A stretch of DNA of 64,000 nucleotides from Defluviitaleaceae bacterium (GTDB lineage: Bacteria; Bacillota; Clostridia; Lachnospirales; WQUN01), in contig WRGY01000125.1 in NCBI GenBank assembly GCA_009786925.1, positions 21,810 through 85,809 of the forward strand. The letters run 5' to 3'. The notes under the pieces are model-generated. The model was not told the origin of the DNA. It saw only the letters and a list, made by a program, of their open reading frames with translations, and did not search any database. Below are positions 48,655 to 58,866 of the stretch, piece by piece (position 1 is the stretch's first letter; the number at the start of each line of letters is the position of its first letter). The position numbers were made by a program, and so were the translations under genes.

Positions 48655-51225
48655 ATGAAAAAATTGATATTTTTTGTGTTTTTGGTGGTGTTTTTTCCGA
48701 TGCGTACTTATGCATTGGATATTTTGTTTGAACATAGAGAGGTAGTTGAGATTTCTCGCGGGGTGGTGTATGAACAAAACCGCATGATGACCACACGCGG
48801 AATGCTGGATGTTCATGTTTTGACAGTGGATGTGAGGCAACCGTATATTACGCTTGCACCGGTTTATTCTGACGAAATGGGGCTTAGGGAAACTACTTCT
48901 CGTATGCTTTCGCAGGCGGGGGCTGTAGCAGGGGTCAATGCCGACTTTTTTAATACTGCAAGGATGCATTCTACTTATTTTGGGTCTATGGTGCGTGATG
49001 GTGAGGTTATTTCGCTAAATGCAGGGGTCAATGCGGAGAGTCATGAGCTTGCTACATTCCTTTTGGATTTTAACGGAAATCCGTTTTTCAGATATATGCG
49101 TACAACTATGCGCCTCTATGCAAATGGCGTGTTTGCCGCAAATGTAATAGCATACAATTCTGTCGGGCCTACGATGTACTCGCCGATGGTAGTTAGTCGT
49201 GCATTTGTGGAGGATACAGCGGATATAGATTGGCGCATACCGTATATCACAAAATTTGTTGTACAAAACGATATTGTCACACAGGTCACTACCGCAACTG
49301 TACAAACACCCGAAAATGGGTTTGTTATTTTGGTGCCACATATGAGCTTGCCGTATTATCGAGATTTATTTACTGTCGGTACGCATGTGCGGTTTTTTGT
49401 GGGGACGGATTTGAATGTGGATTTTTCGAGTATACAGGCGGCGGTTGGTGGCGGCGCGATTATTTTAAATAACGGTGTACAAACAGAAGGCGGCGGAGTA
49501 CAGCCTAATCTTCGCCATCCACGTACCGCGGTGGGGGCTACCCGCGATGGGCGTATTATACTCATGGCGGTGGATGGGCGTTCGCATTCCATTGGGGTGA
49601 CACATGCCGAGCTTGGGTCGCTTTTGCAACGGTATGGCGCAGTTAATGCAATGCATATGGACGGTGGTGGCTCTACCACTATGGTGACACGCTCACATGC
49701 AGGTGTTTATTCTGTAGCAAACAGGCCGTCTGACGGTGCACAACGCCGTATTACAAACGCGCTTGGTGTGTTTAATAATGCCCCTGTGGGAGAAATGATT
49801 GGGATTGTTTTGGAGCCTGTGGAGACGCGGGCGGTCATGGGTGTGCCTTTGCCCGCCAATGTTTTTGGCGTGGATGTGTGGGGGAATAGGCTTGCTTTGG
49901 AAGAAGGAGCCGCGCCTGTGTTTTTATCTAACCCTGAATATGGGTTTTGGAGTGGTGGCAGATACACACCTACTCGTGTGGGTACCCATCTAGTCGAAGT
50001 GCGATATGGTGCATTCCATGCGACGGCTAACGTTGATGTATTCGCGCTGGGTGAGTTGCGCTTTAGGCAAGAAATCATCGGCCTCTTGGAAGGTGGACGC
50101 GCAAATGTCGGCTTTACCGGGATTGCGACGGATGGTACACAGGTAAATATCCCCGAGGTTACGTCTCTGACGGTGTCACCCGCGTATCTTGGCGTATTCG
50201 ATGGAAACGAGTTTATCTCACTGCGTGGCGGGACGGGACATATAGCTGCCGCTGTGGGTGGCATACGAGCGTATATCCCTGTTACTGTTGGTGGTTTTCC
50301 GTGGCCTGTAGATATGTTTGGGGCGGAGCTTGGCTTTTTAAGCACGCCTGCGGAATATGTATTTACTCAGGTCACGACAGAAAATATCGGCGGTACTGAT
50401 GCGATTCGTTTGACCTATAACTTTGGTCGGACGGCACGGACACAGGCTTCTTATGTAACATTCTATCCGCCGCTGGCTCTGCCCGGTGAACCGATTGCAA
50501 TCAGGATGCAAGCCTATGGCGATGGGTCAGGGCATTGGTTTAGGGCGCGTGTACGTGATGCTGACGGTTATTCTCATAACATAGACTTTGCGCGGGAAGC
50601 GGATTTTGTCGGATGGGAAACAGTGACCGCTAATTTGCCTAACGCACCCGTACCCTTTACACTCGACCAAATTTATATGGTTGTGCTGGAGCATTTTGAG
50701 GCCTCACGCCATACTGTTGCCTTCCATTCGCTGGAAGCTCTTTTTGCACCAAACCATATGTTGCCTGTACCTGTGGGGACTGTGTTCCAAGATAATTTGC
50801 GTGCCGCAGAAGGCTTTTCCGGAGTGCCGGGCGGCGGAAGCTACGAATTTGCTATCCCTGAACAAGCAGAATTTTCTATCAGGGGTGTTTCGCAGTTTGC
50901 CGTAGTAAATCTGACCGCACATGGTGGAGGAATACAAGCGGCAGACGTAAACCAATGGCTGTATTTTTCGCCGGGGATACGTGCCTTGGATTTGCCGTAT
51001 GTAGTGATTTTGCTCGACCGATGCCCCACGACTTTTTCGCGTAGGATGGAGGCGGAGCTTTTGCATTTGGCATTGCGTCAAATCAGTGATGATGGGCGTA
51101 CTGTGTTTGTGGTAAGTGGCGGAGAAGAAACGCGGCTGGACATGCGCGATAATATCAGATATATAAATGCAGAAGGTGGGAGCATCAGGTTTTTTACGGA
51201 TGGGGATAGAATTTGGTGGAACTAG
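48655..51225 (+). CDS. Phosphodiester glycosidase (NAGPA/DUF2233) family secreted protein
   Basis: 856 aa with a signal peptide, GVNADFFN, AVGATRDGRIILMAVDGR and NAMHMDGGGSTTM. Confidence 0.75.
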   Translation: MKKLIFFVFLVVFFPMRTYALDILFEHREVVEISRGVVYEQNRMMTTRGMLDVHVLTVDVRQPYITLAPVYSDEMGLRETTSRMLSQAGAVAGVNADFFNTARMHSTYFGSMVRDGEVISLNAGVNAESHELATFLLDFNGNPFFRYMRTTMRLYANGVFAANVIAYNSVGPTMYSPMVVSRAFVEDTADIDWRIPYITKFVVQNDIVTQVTTATVQTPENGFVILVPHMSLPYYRDLFTVGTHVRFFVGTDLNVDFSSIQAAVGGGAIILNNGVQTEGGGVQPNLRHPRTAVGATRDGRIILMAVDGRSHSIGVTHAELGSLLQRYGAVNAMHMDGGGSTTMVTRSHAGVYSVANRPSDGAQRRITNALGVFNNAPVGEMIGIVLEPVETRAVMGVPLPANVFGVDVWGNRLALEEGAAPVFLSNPEYGFWSGGRYTPTRVGTHLVEVRYGAFHATANVDVFALGELRFRQEIIGLLEGGRANVGFTGIATDGTQVNIPEVTSLTVSPAYLGVFDGNEFISLRGGTGHIAAAVGGIRAYIPVTVGGFPWPVDMFGAELGFLSTPAEYVFTQVTTENIGGTDAIRLTYNFGRTARTQASYVTFYPPLALPGEPIAIRMQAYGDGSGHWFRARVRDADGYSHNIDFAREADFVGWETVTANLPNAPVPFTLDQIYMVVLEHFEASRHTVAFHSLEALFAPNHMLPVPVGTVFQDNLRAAEGFSGVPGGGSYEFAIPEQAEFSIRGVSQFAVVNLTAHGGGIQAADVNQWLYFSPGIRALDLPYVVILLDRCPTTFSRRMEAELLHLALRQISDDGRTVFVVSGGEETRLDMRDNIRYINAEGGSIRFFTDGDRIWWN

Positions 51226-52304
51226 ACAAACAAAAATACAGGGGTAGTCGCGGGTATCGCAACTACACAAGGGAAGCGAAGGAGCTAAGAAAACCTGCGG
51301 TTATTTTGGCTTTGCTAACCTCATTTATGTTTGCTTTGATTTGTTTTGCGCAGGAGGAGCAGAGTGTACCCGTTTTTGTTTTTGCAGAGACGGAGGATAC
51401 ATCTGCTCTTGCGCATATGCCGCAAATTTTGTCGTTTGAGGGGATTGTGGAAAGGGGGGACATGCCTGTTATCCCGATATGCTGGAAGAGCGGGATATTT
51501 TTTGATACATATGTAAGTGAGTTGTTCTTCCCCGATAATTTGATTTTTAATGTAGAATCCAACTACTACCACCGAGAGCATACAATCACTTTCGAGGGGT
51601 TGGGTCTGGCTCGCCGTAGCTTTCCGCTACTGCCATATGATATTTTGCCTATGCGTTTATTACAGGAAAATGACGGCGTACATATCCGCACTCGTCGCGG
51701 TGCATTGGTCGAGTACACAGAAAGCAGTGTGCAAATAATTGACCCGCGAGAACGCTATCGCACCATAGTAGTCATAGATGCAGGGCATGGTGGCCATGAC
51801 CCCGGCGCACCTTCTGTGCTAAGGAATGCCCCTTACGAATCGGAAATAGTGCTGAATATTGTGCAAAAAGTATTGGGGATATTCGACCATCCCGAGATAT
51901 TGTTAATCCCGACACGCAGGTGTGACTACTTTTTATCCACAAGCGAACGTGTGCGTATCGCAAACACCATAGGTGATTATTTTATCTCCATCCACTGCAA
52001 TGCTGACTCTCGTAGCAGCCGCTCCAACGGCACCCTGACACTGTATGGCACAGCCGAAGGAAGCAATGGCCTTGCACAGCTATTTCAAGACTCGCTCATC
52101 ACAGCACTGCAAAGCCCTGACCGCGGAGTCCATTACGCCCCTCGATTTTATATATTGCGTGAATCGCAGATACCCGTAATCATCCTGGAGCTTCTCTTCC
52201 AAAGCAACCCCGCCGACGCAACTCGCCTCTCCGACCCCGATACGCAACAGCTAATCGCACGGACTATTGCAGATACCATAGCAGAGTTGCCATATGCCAG
52301 ATAA
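51213..52304 (+). CDS. N-acetylmuramoyl-L-alanine amidase (Amidase_3)
   Basis: VVIDAGHGGHDPGA, ISIHCNA and ELLFQSNPADA are present. It overlaps the upstream gene by 13 nt. The start is not certain. Confidence 0.8.
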   Translation: MVELDKQKYRGSRGYRNYTREAKELRKPAVILALLTSFMFALICFAQEEQSVPVFVFAETEDTSALAHMPQILSFEGIVERGDMPVIPICWKSGIFFDTYVSELFFPDNLIFNVESNYYHREHTITFEGLGLARRSFPLLPYDILPMRLLQENDGVHIRTRRGALVEYTESSVQIIDPRERYRTIVVIDAGHGGHDPGAPSVLRNAPYESEIVLNIVQKVLGIFDHPEILLIPTRRCDYFLSTSERVRIANTIGDYFISIHCNADSRSSRSNGTLTLYGTAEGSNGLAQLFQDSLITALQSPDRGVHYAPRFYILRESQIPVIILELLFQSNPADATRLSDPDTQQLIARTIADTIAELPYAR

Positions 52305-52432
52305 ATTTAATGTATATTTTTCTCAAATCTGCCAATACTGTACTCATGTAGCGAATTAATTCGCTCTTATCACTTGAGGTACTTACCATCGCCGCCGAAA
52401 CCTCGGTGGGTGACGAAGGGAGGTAAAACAGT

Positions 52433-52567
52433 ATGGATAACAAGAAAACAAGCCAATCAACAAATAAACACAACAATGCAGAGTTTTGTAACGAGACAAG
52501 CAACAATGCATCAAACAACACAAGCAACAATGCATCAAATAACACAAACCAAAAGAAAAATAAGTAA
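52433..52567 (+). CDS. Possible 44-aa Asn/Ser/Thr-rich small protein
   Basis: ATG 52433 lies 7 nt after GGGAGG. The product is MDNKKTSQSTNKHNNAEFCNETSNNASNNTSNNASNNTNQKKNK. It contains a roughly 24-nt internal direct repeat and ends at the bidirectional terminator. It is shorter than the 60-aa minimum seen in the ORF track. Confidence 0.35.
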   Translation: MDNKKTSQSTNKHNNAEFCNETSNNASNNTSNNASNNTNQKKNK

Positions 52568-52573
52568 AGCAAA

Positions 52574-52598
52574 GGGGCTGTCCGGTGAGGACAGCCCC
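52574..52598. terminator. Bidirectional terminator hairpin between convergent genes
   Basis: GGGGCTGTCC-GGTGA-GGACAGCCCC forms a 10-bp perfect stem. Confidence 0.75.
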
Positions 52599-52605
52599 TT
52601 CTGCT

Positions 52606-52917
52606 TTACCAGCGTCGCCCGAAACGAGGTGTGGGTGCGTAGGCATCATTGCAGGGTGCATTGCAGGATGCTTGTGGGCAGTAGGATGGGTTGTGGGGGA
52701 CGTAGTCGTTGTGCAAAACTACTTCGCGCTCACGTACTACGTCGCGTGTGTTGTACTCATGCTCGTGGATTACTTCGATTTCATTAATTGTGTCATGGCA
52801 GTGCTTTACTATATGCTGGTGACGGACTACCCTTTGGGTAGCGGGGCAGGTAAAGACCTGGCGGTTTACAGCTTCGGACATGCAGTTGTTGCAGCCGTTT
52901 GTGCAATTACAATTCAT
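52606..52917 (-). CDS. CotD-like spore coat protein
   Basis: ATG 52917 lies behind GGAGGT. The 103-aa product has CPATQRVVRHQHIVKHCHDTINEIEVIHEHEYNTRDVV, the His-rich V.H..V.H pattern of CotD-family proteins. Only the last 103 codons of track ORF 52606-53406 are used. Confidence 0.6.
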   Translation of the reverse strand: MNCNCTNGCNNCMSEAVNRQVFTCPATQRVVRHQHIVKHCHDTINEIEVIHEHEYNTRDVVREREVVLHNDYVPHNPSYCPQASCNAPCNDAYAPTPRFGRRW

Positions 52918-53031
52918 GATATTACCTCCGTTAGGATAGATTATGGTACATGTTAACAGTGTATTCGGGTGGGGGTTTTTGGTGATTGTTATGGAGGGGA
53001 TGAAGATATATAATGGGTGCGGTGAATATTT

Positions 53032-54270
53032 TTGAAAAAATTTGTACTTATGGTGATTTGTGTTTTGTTGATGAGCGTGCCTGTGTGTGCGCAGATTTTT
53101 ATGCCTTGGACTTTTGAACTCTATGAAGAGGCGGATTTTTTGTCTCGTGATGTGGGTCGATTTTATGCGCAGCCTGTGGAAGTCGTCGAGTATGGGGTGA
53201 GGGACTGGGTCAATGTCGCTACAGTAGATGGGAGTATGGGCTGGGTCAATATGCGGCATACGCCTGATTTTGGTGAGCTTGGAAGGTTTTTTGACAGGCT
53301 TGGGCGCAATATTTCTGTTTTCTATAAAAACCTGGACACGGGGTTTACATATGTACATAACCCTGACAGGGTGTTTTTTGCGGCCAGTTTTTCTAAGATG
53401 ACGCACGCATTTTACTCATATAAAATGGCGGAGCGTGGATGGCTGGAAATGTATGACTACCATATATTTAGCGGTGCAGATATGTGGGGCGGAACGGGAA
53501 TTATGCGGTTTATGCCGTTTGGCACAGAGTTTAGCACAAGGGAGTTGTTGGGACTTTCTATGCGTGAGTCGGATAATGCGGCGTTTAGGATGATGGTACG
53601 CATGATGGAGGATGCAGAGGTTAGCTATGCCGATTTTGTCCGAGAAATCGGTGCCGATACGCGGATGATACGTGATATATTTTCGCAGAACACACATGCG
53701 CGTGATGCCGGACTATGGATGACAGAAATTTTTAACTACATCGAAGGCGCGAGCTTGTTTGGACATTATTTGAGATATGATATGTTTAATACCTCGCCTA
53801 CATCACATCCGTATTTTACACGGTGGCCATACTCAAGCGGGATGGGTTGCAATGGATGGGGTACAGAGGTCAACACGGTGATACTAATGTCGGATTATCC
53901 GATAGCACGCAAATACGGCTGGGCAAACAATGCCTTTCACGATGCCGGCATAGTCTACGCACCCTCGCCGTACATCTTGGTAATTTTGTCTAATATGGAG
54001 CGTGGTGCGCACGACCTTTTCGAAGAAATATCATGGTTTGTACAGGACTTTAACTATAGGACATTTATAAACCCGCCACTGCTAAACGCGCCACTGCACG
54101 GCGCGATGGCCTATGACAGCGGATATTGGGAAAATGACATCGCAATTGCACTCTACCCACCCCAAACCGTAGCGGCGTTTTTGCCGATACGCAGTGCCGA
54201 AGAAAATCGCGTGCCAAAGTTTAAAGACACACCACCAAAACAGCATAATATAAGAAAAAGCTTGCACTAG
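53032..54270 (+). CDS. Secreted serine hydrolase (class A beta-lactamase-related) with N-terminal SH3-like segment
   Basis: It has a signal peptide and WVNVATVDGSMGWVNM (SH3b-like). Active-site type motifs are SFSK (SxxK), ESDN (SDN) and KYGW (KTG-like). Confidence 0.6.
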   Translation: MKKFVLMVICVLLMSVPVCAQIFMPWTFELYEEADFLSRDVGRFYAQPVEVVEYGVRDWVNVATVDGSMGWVNMRHTPDFGELGRFFDRLGRNISVFYKNLDTGFTYVHNPDRVFFAASFSKMTHAFYSYKMAERGWLEMYDYHIFSGADMWGGTGIMRFMPFGTEFSTRELLGLSMRESDNAAFRMMVRMMEDAEVSYADFVREIGADTRMIRDIFSQNTHARDAGLWMTEIFNYIEGASLFGHYLRYDMFNTSPTSHPYFTRWPYSSGMGCNGWGTEVNTVILMSDYPIARKYGWANNAFHDAGIVYAPSPYILVILSNMERGAHDLFEEISWFVQDFNYRTFINPPLLNAPLHGAMAYDSGYWENDIAIALYPPQTVAAFLPIRSAEENRVPKFKDTPPKQHNIRKSLH

Positions 54271-54301
54271 AGAGCTGTGATATGTATAATATCCCACGCA
54301 A

Positions 54302-54384
<83 letters not shown>

Positions 54385-54549
54385 AGGAAACATTGGATTA
54401 TCTGCATTATCCAGTGTTTTTTTATTTCTCTTTTAAGCGAGATAAAAACACTAGCCCTATTCCGCTTTATGTTATGGCCTTGTATTCACAAGGCTGTCTG
54501 CGGCACAAAAAATATTTTGTACAAAAAATGGCGTAGAAATCAATAACCG

Positions 54550-54573
54550 GGGCGTGTTGCCACTACCGCTAAC
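54550..54573 (+). repeat. Dispersed repeat family S, copy S2 (GGGCGTGTTGCCACTACCGCTAAC)
   Basis: It lies about 165 nt downstream of tRNA-Leu. The first 21 nt are identical to S1. Confidence 0.65.
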
Positions 54574-54663
54574 ACTTCTTGGTTAGCAATTGACGTTTTC
54601 ATGGGAAAACTGGTATTATATTCCTTGACAAATTCCAAGGTTTTGTCAGAGGAAGGTGGTCGC

Positions 54664-55578
54664 ATGGATTTTAAAAATACTATACTGGTTATTGATGATG
54701 ACCCATTGATGCTTGGGGCGTTGTCGAGTATTCTTTCGCCGCTTTATCATATAAAGGCGGCGCGTGATGGCGCAACGGGTTTGGTTTTGGCTAACAAGTA
54801 TGATATTGATTTGATTCTGCTGGACATCATAATGAAGAATATGTCGGGTTATGATGTGCTGGAAGAGTTAAAAAATAACGAAAATACAAAGGATATTCCT
54901 GTAATTTTTATTACGGGAAAGGAAGGACGCGGTGAGGAGGCAAAGGCATTGTCCTGTGGTGTTGTGGATTATATCCGCAAGCCGATTGTGCCGGAGATTG
55001 TGACGCTTAGGGTGGGCGTGCATATGCAACTGATTACGCAAATGCGTATCATAGAACGCTTTAGCCTGACGGACGGCCTCACGGGCGTGAGCAATCGCCG
55101 CTGTTTTGACCAGCAACTGGAAATCGAATGGAATAGAGCCGCACGGAATGAGACTTCGCTTAGTATGCTAATGCTGGATATTGACCACTTTAAAGCATTT
55201 AATGATAATAACGGCCACCTCAACGGCGACCATGCACTTAAAGCAGTTGCACGCACGCTGATTAATACAGTGCAACGTGGTGCGGATTATGTATTTAGAT
55301 GGGGTGGAGAAGAATTTGCAATCATACTGCCCGAGACTCCACAAAGCGGGGCATTAATTGTTGCAGAAAAAATACTTTACAATGTATCTGCCACGCCGAT
55401 TTTGATTGGGCATGATGTCGTCAGTGTAACGGCAAGTATAGGTGTCGCAACCACCGTACCAAAACCTGCGACATATCCATGGGACGCAGTAGACTTTTGC
55501 GAATCATTGGACAAGGCATTGTACAGCGCGAAAAATAACGGTAGGAATAGAATAGAAATCGCGGATTCACTTCCTTAA
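54664..55578 (+). CDS. Response regulator receiver + GGDEF diguanylate cyclase
   Basis: ATG 54664 follows GAGGAAGGTGG. The REC domain has ILVIDDDP and LILLDIIM. The GGDEF domain has RWGGEEF and a canonical RGAD I-site five residues upstream. Confidence 0.85.
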   Translation: MDFKNTILVIDDDPLMLGALSSILSPLYHIKAARDGATGLVLANKYDIDLILLDIIMKNMSGYDVLEELKNNENTKDIPVIFITGKEGRGEEAKALSCGVVDYIRKPIVPEIVTLRVGVHMQLITQMRIIERFSLTDGLTGVSNRRCFDQQLEIEWNRAARNETSLSMLMLDIDHFKAFNDNNGHLNGDHALKAVARTLINTVQRGADYVFRWGGEEFAIILPETPQSGALIVAEKILYNVSATPILIGHDVVSVTASIGVATTVPKPATYPWDAVDFCESLDKALYSAKNNGRNRIEIADSLP

Positions 55579-56160
55579 ACTCGCCATGATAGGACTAAGT
55601 GCGCGATATAATACAAAGCCAAGCGTAACAACAATGCCACCCTTCAATAAATTGAAAGGCACAAATGCAAAAAGAATAAGCGTATACACATCTACGACGC
55701 GGTGATTAATCGCGTGTGAGATGGAGATAATTGTTTCGAGCGGGATAAAAATCCTGGAATACAGTGGTATCAGTATTAGATAATTTACAATGCTTGATAT
55801 AACCACCAACGAAACAATACCTGTCGCCGCTCCCAGCATGTAGCCGATAGTATCGCTACGTTTTTTGAAAATGAAGCCGATGGGTACTACAAGTGATGCA
55901 CCCATAATAAAATCTGCGAGGTTGCCGATACCGCCCGTATTTGTGCCAAAAATGAGTGGGTCGAGTAGATTTTTTATGAGCAAGACAAGCAGTCCGGTGA
56001 GCGGTCCTGTGGTAATCGCGCCGACCAGTGCAGGGACATCGCTAACATCCAGCGATAAAAATCCCGGGAATATAGGCAGGCTGACCCTAAGTTGCCAAAG
56101 CACGGTTGCAATCGCACCGAGTATAGCGGCACGCACCATTATTACAGTCTTGCCATGCAT
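55567..56160 (-). CDS. ECF transporter S component (vitamin-type substrate-binding membrane protein)
   Basis: ATG 56160 lies 5 nt after AAAGGAGAG. The product is polytopic, and FLSLDVSDVPALVGAITTGP is typical of RibU-like S components. Confidence 0.55.
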   Translation of the reverse strand: MHGKTVIMVRAAILGAIATVLWQLRVSLPIFPGFLSLDVSDVPALVGAITTGPLTGLLVLLIKNLLDPLIFGTNTGGIGNLADFIMGASLVVPIGFIFKKRSDTIGYMLGAATGIVSLVVISSIVNYLILIPLYSRIFIPLETIISISHAINHRVVDVYTLILFAFVPFNLLKGGIVVTLGFVLYRALSPIMASLRK

Positions 56161-56224
56161 AAAAACTCTCCTTTTTCCCACTTTGCAAGAAAGTCCAATA
56201 TATCACAGAGAGTGAAATTAATCC

Positions 56225-56977
56225 ATGCAAATATTATTGACAATATCATATGACGGCACAAACTACGCAGGCTGGCAACGCCAAGAAAATGCGGTAGCCG
56301 TACAAGAAAAAATCGAGGACGCACTTACCTCATTGCTATATACCGCGCATCCATTTGAGCGAAAGGCAACCGTGAAGGCTTGCAGCAGAACGGACGCGGG
56401 TGTACATGCGCTGGGGCAGAGAGCGTCTTTTTTTGCCGATGACCTAAAAATCCCGCTGGACAAGTTGCCAATCGTGATTAATGGGCTGTTGCCGCAGGAT
56501 ATTTCTGTTATAAAGGCAGAAGAAGTAAGTGACGATTTTAATCCCCAGTTTGATGCAAAGCAAAAAACATATATATACAATTATTATAATTCGCCATTCC
56601 CAAACCCTCTGCTATCTCGATATAGTGCATTTGTGCCGGAAAAACTCAATATCACGGCGATGCAAAAAGCCGCAAAAACCTTTGTGGGGAAACATGACTT
56701 CGCGGCTTTTTGTGCAACAGGGGGAAGTGCAAAAACTACCGTGCGGGAAATCTTTAGCTGTTTTGTGGTGCAAAAAGGAGAGGCCATCGAAATGTGCATA
56801 ACAGGCAGTGGCTTCTTGTATAACATGGTGCGCATCATAGCAGGGACGGTGCTGTATTCGGGGCTTGGCAAGATTTCGCCTGATGATATAGGCTCGATTA
56901 TATATTTGCGTGACCGCAGAAGGGCGGGCAAAACAATGCCTCCTCAGGGCTTGGTGCTTGCACAGGTGAAATATTAA
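56225..56977 (+). CDS. truA: tRNA pseudouridine(38-40) synthase
   Basis: 250 aa with ISYDGTNYAGWQRQ, the catalytic Asp context SRTDAGVHALGQ, and FLYNMVRII. Confidence 0.93.
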   Translation: MQILLTISYDGTNYAGWQRQENAVAVQEKIEDALTSLLYTAHPFERKATVKACSRTDAGVHALGQRASFFADDLKIPLDKLPIVINGLLPQDISVIKAEEVSDDFNPQFDAKQKTYIYNYYNSPFPNPLLSRYSAFVPEKLNITAMQKAAKTFVGKHDFAAFCATGGSAKTTVREIFSCFVVQKGEAIEMCITGSGFLYNMVRIIAGTVLYSGLGKISPDDIGSIIYLRDRRRAGKTMPPQGLVLAQVKY

Positions 56978-56978
56978 T

Positions 56979-57394
56979 ATGAGATATAAAGACGGAGAAA
57001 TACCTGATGAGTTAAAAATATATGAGCTTTCGCTAATCTGGAAAGAAGCAGAGTACAATTTTGCCTTTTGGGAAGAATTGGACGGCATTATTGATTGGAA
57101 TCAGGAGTATAAAAAAGCATTGTCTTATGTATTAAAAACAAAAAATTTACATGAGTATTATTTAGTACTCATGAAATTTTTGGCATTGTTGCGAGATGGG
57201 CATATGGGGGTGTGGTTTCCGCAAGCTATTGAAAATTCTGCAAAGTATACCGCTAAGTTGCCGATAATACCGTTAATTATTTTTTAAGCTGTGGTGCTGT
57301 TGACAGTATTGTGGAATTTGAGGTTGAACATGACGGCAAAATTGAGACAATAAAATTGACTCGTACAAATGATTGTACCCCTGTCAAGTGACTT
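56979..57394 (+). pseudogene. N-terminal remnants of an S41 (tail-specific/tricorn-like) peptidase gene, frameshifted
   Basis: 56979-57287 reads ELSLIWKEAEYNFAFWEELDGIIDWNQEYKKAL..YYLVLMKFLALLRDGHMGVWFP, the typical Peptidase_S41 N-terminal module. After the stop the sequence continues in another frame (57290-57394: CGAVDSIVEFEVEHDGKIETIKLTR). Confidence 0.5.
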
Positions 57395-57477
57395 GTGAAA
57401 TTATTTATTATCAATGTAGTTATGTTCGTGATATAGTCAGTATGGGTAACAAATTATATCAGGGAAGGAATATTTAT

Positions 57478-57777
57478 ATGTTAAGACATATTGTTATGTG
57501 GAAATATAAAGAAGGACTTACTGATGCTGAAAATGAAATGAACGCTGAAAAAATAAAAAATGGTTTAGAAGCGTTGAAAAACTCAATTGACGAAATAGTC
57601 GAAATCAAGGTTAATATAAATGCTCTTTCAACAAGCAATATGGACATTGTTCTTGATAGCTTATTTGAAAGTGAAAAAGCAATGGCAACGTATAAAATCC
57701 ATCCAGAACACAAAAAAATGTCGGAGTTTATTAGCTCTGTCTTACAAAACAGAACTGTTATAGATTATTATGAATAA
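57478..57777 (+). CDS. Dabb (stress-responsive alpha/beta-barrel) family protein
   Basis: ATG 57478. MLRHIVMWKYKEG...KIHPEHKKMSEFI matches the Dabb pattern (H.V.fk.k ... HP.H). Confidence 0.75.
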   Translation: MLRHIVMWKYKEGLTDAENEMNAEKIKNGLEALKNSIDEIVEIKVNINALSTSNMDIVLDSLFESEKAMATYKIHPEHKKMSEFISSVLQNRTVIDYYE

Positions 57778-57917
57778 TTCTACAATATAATTTTCGTACC
57801 GATAGGCACGTAAGCTTCAGCAACGCGCACCACGCCGGTTTGCCGGTGTATAGGTGTGCAGATTGTATTTTTTGCTGGTCAAATCTTTGCTTATTAATGT
57901 TGAAAGGGTGATTCCCT

Positions 57918-58211
57918 GTGTCCAAGCAATTAGAAATAATAGCCCGTGGTGTGCTAATTCAATATCCTGTCAAGCGAGCGGCTTTATTTGGTTCAGCGGC
58001 AAGGGGTGAAACAACGGAGTCAAGTGATGTAGATATGTTGGTTGAGTTTTTACCTAACACCCGAGGGCTTGACTTTTTTGGGTTGCGTCTTGATTTGGAG
58101 GAAGCACTTGGCTGCTCGGTAGATTTACTAACATGGAACGCCCTCTTTAAAGCAAAACCTAGCTTTAGGCAAAATGTTGAAAGTGAGGCAAGGTTGATTT
58201 ATGAGCGTTAA
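57918..58211 (+). CDS. mntA: Nucleotidyltransferase (MNT) antitoxin of a type VII HepT/MNT module
   Basis: GSAARGETTESSDVDMLVEF is the Pol-beta NTase GS..D.D motif. It has an 11-nt overlap with the HepT gene. Confidence 0.85.
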   Translation: MSKQLEIIARGVLIQYPVKRAALFGSAARGETTESSDVDMLVEFLPNTRGLDFFGLRLDLEEALGCSVDLLTWNALFKAKPSFRQNVESEARLIYER

Positions 58212-58554
58212 AATACAAAGCATCTTGGAACATATGTTAGATGATGTCACTGATGCTATGAAATTTGCCGAAGAGGTTGGTAATTTGGATGCTTTTTCGT
58301 CTAACAAGCTTTATCGAAAAGCAATTATCATGTCTATTCTCAATATCGGAGAACTTACAAAGAAACTGCCGCAAGAATTTAAGTCATCAAACAAAGAAAT
58401 ACCTTGGAGAAAAATTACCGGCATGAGAGATATTGCAGCGCATGGCTACCATGAAATGGACGATGAAATTATTTGGGACGTTGTGACATATTCGATTCCT
58501 GAATTGCGTCAATTTTTAGATAAACAGTTGAATGAATCAACCCCTCTCGGCTGA
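58201..58554 (+). CDS. hepT: HepT (DUF86) HEPN-domain toxin
   Basis: 117 aa with the RDIAAHGYHEMD segment (Rx4-6H HEPN motif). Confidence 0.85.
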   Translation: MSVKIQSILEHMLDDVTDAMKFAEEVGNLDAFSSNKLYRKAIIMSILNIGELTKKLPQEFKSSNKEIPWRKITGMRDIAAHGYHEMDDEIIWDVVTYSIPELRQFLDKQLNESTPLG

Positions 58555-58671
58555 TATACCTGTTCATAACGTAAATGAGCCGACAGCCATGTGTTTTAGT
58601 AGGCTCATTTTCTCAATCCCCTTAGTATCATACCAACTGGTGATACTGACTGGGCTTATGAAAATCAAAAG

Positions 58672-58866
58672 TTGAACAGAGCAGAAAACTTGCGTAGGGA
58701 ATATGAGTCTGACAGTCATTCTATATGCATTACAGATGATGACATTGCAATAATTACCATACCCACCATGGGAAATGATAATCTTCCAAAGGAATTTTTC
58801 TCTAATCTTTCTATGCTAAAAAACATGAAGGGTTTTGTTGTTGACCACATATACCGCTCGAAATGA
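58672..58866 (+). pseudogene. Internal remnant of an S41 peptidase gene
   Basis: ITDDDIAIITIPTMGNDNLPKEFFSNLSMLKNMKGFVVD resembles the 'iaYirIpsF ... glIiDLR' segment preceding the S41 catalytic domain. It is truncated before any catalytic Ser/Lys. Confidence 0.4.

Noticed and set aside
45219-50345. Long antisense ORFs in the GH11 and NAGPA genes (45219-45686, 45517-46110, 47055-47705, 49707-50345).
   Set aside because: These are shadow ORFs opposite strongly supported CDSs with recognisable domains.
52918-53406. Upstream 163 codons of minus-strand ORF 52606-53406.
   Set aside because: It has His/Pro/Lys-rich junk composition antisense to the 53032 gene start. A good GGAGGT RBS and the CotD-like sequence begin at ATG 52917.
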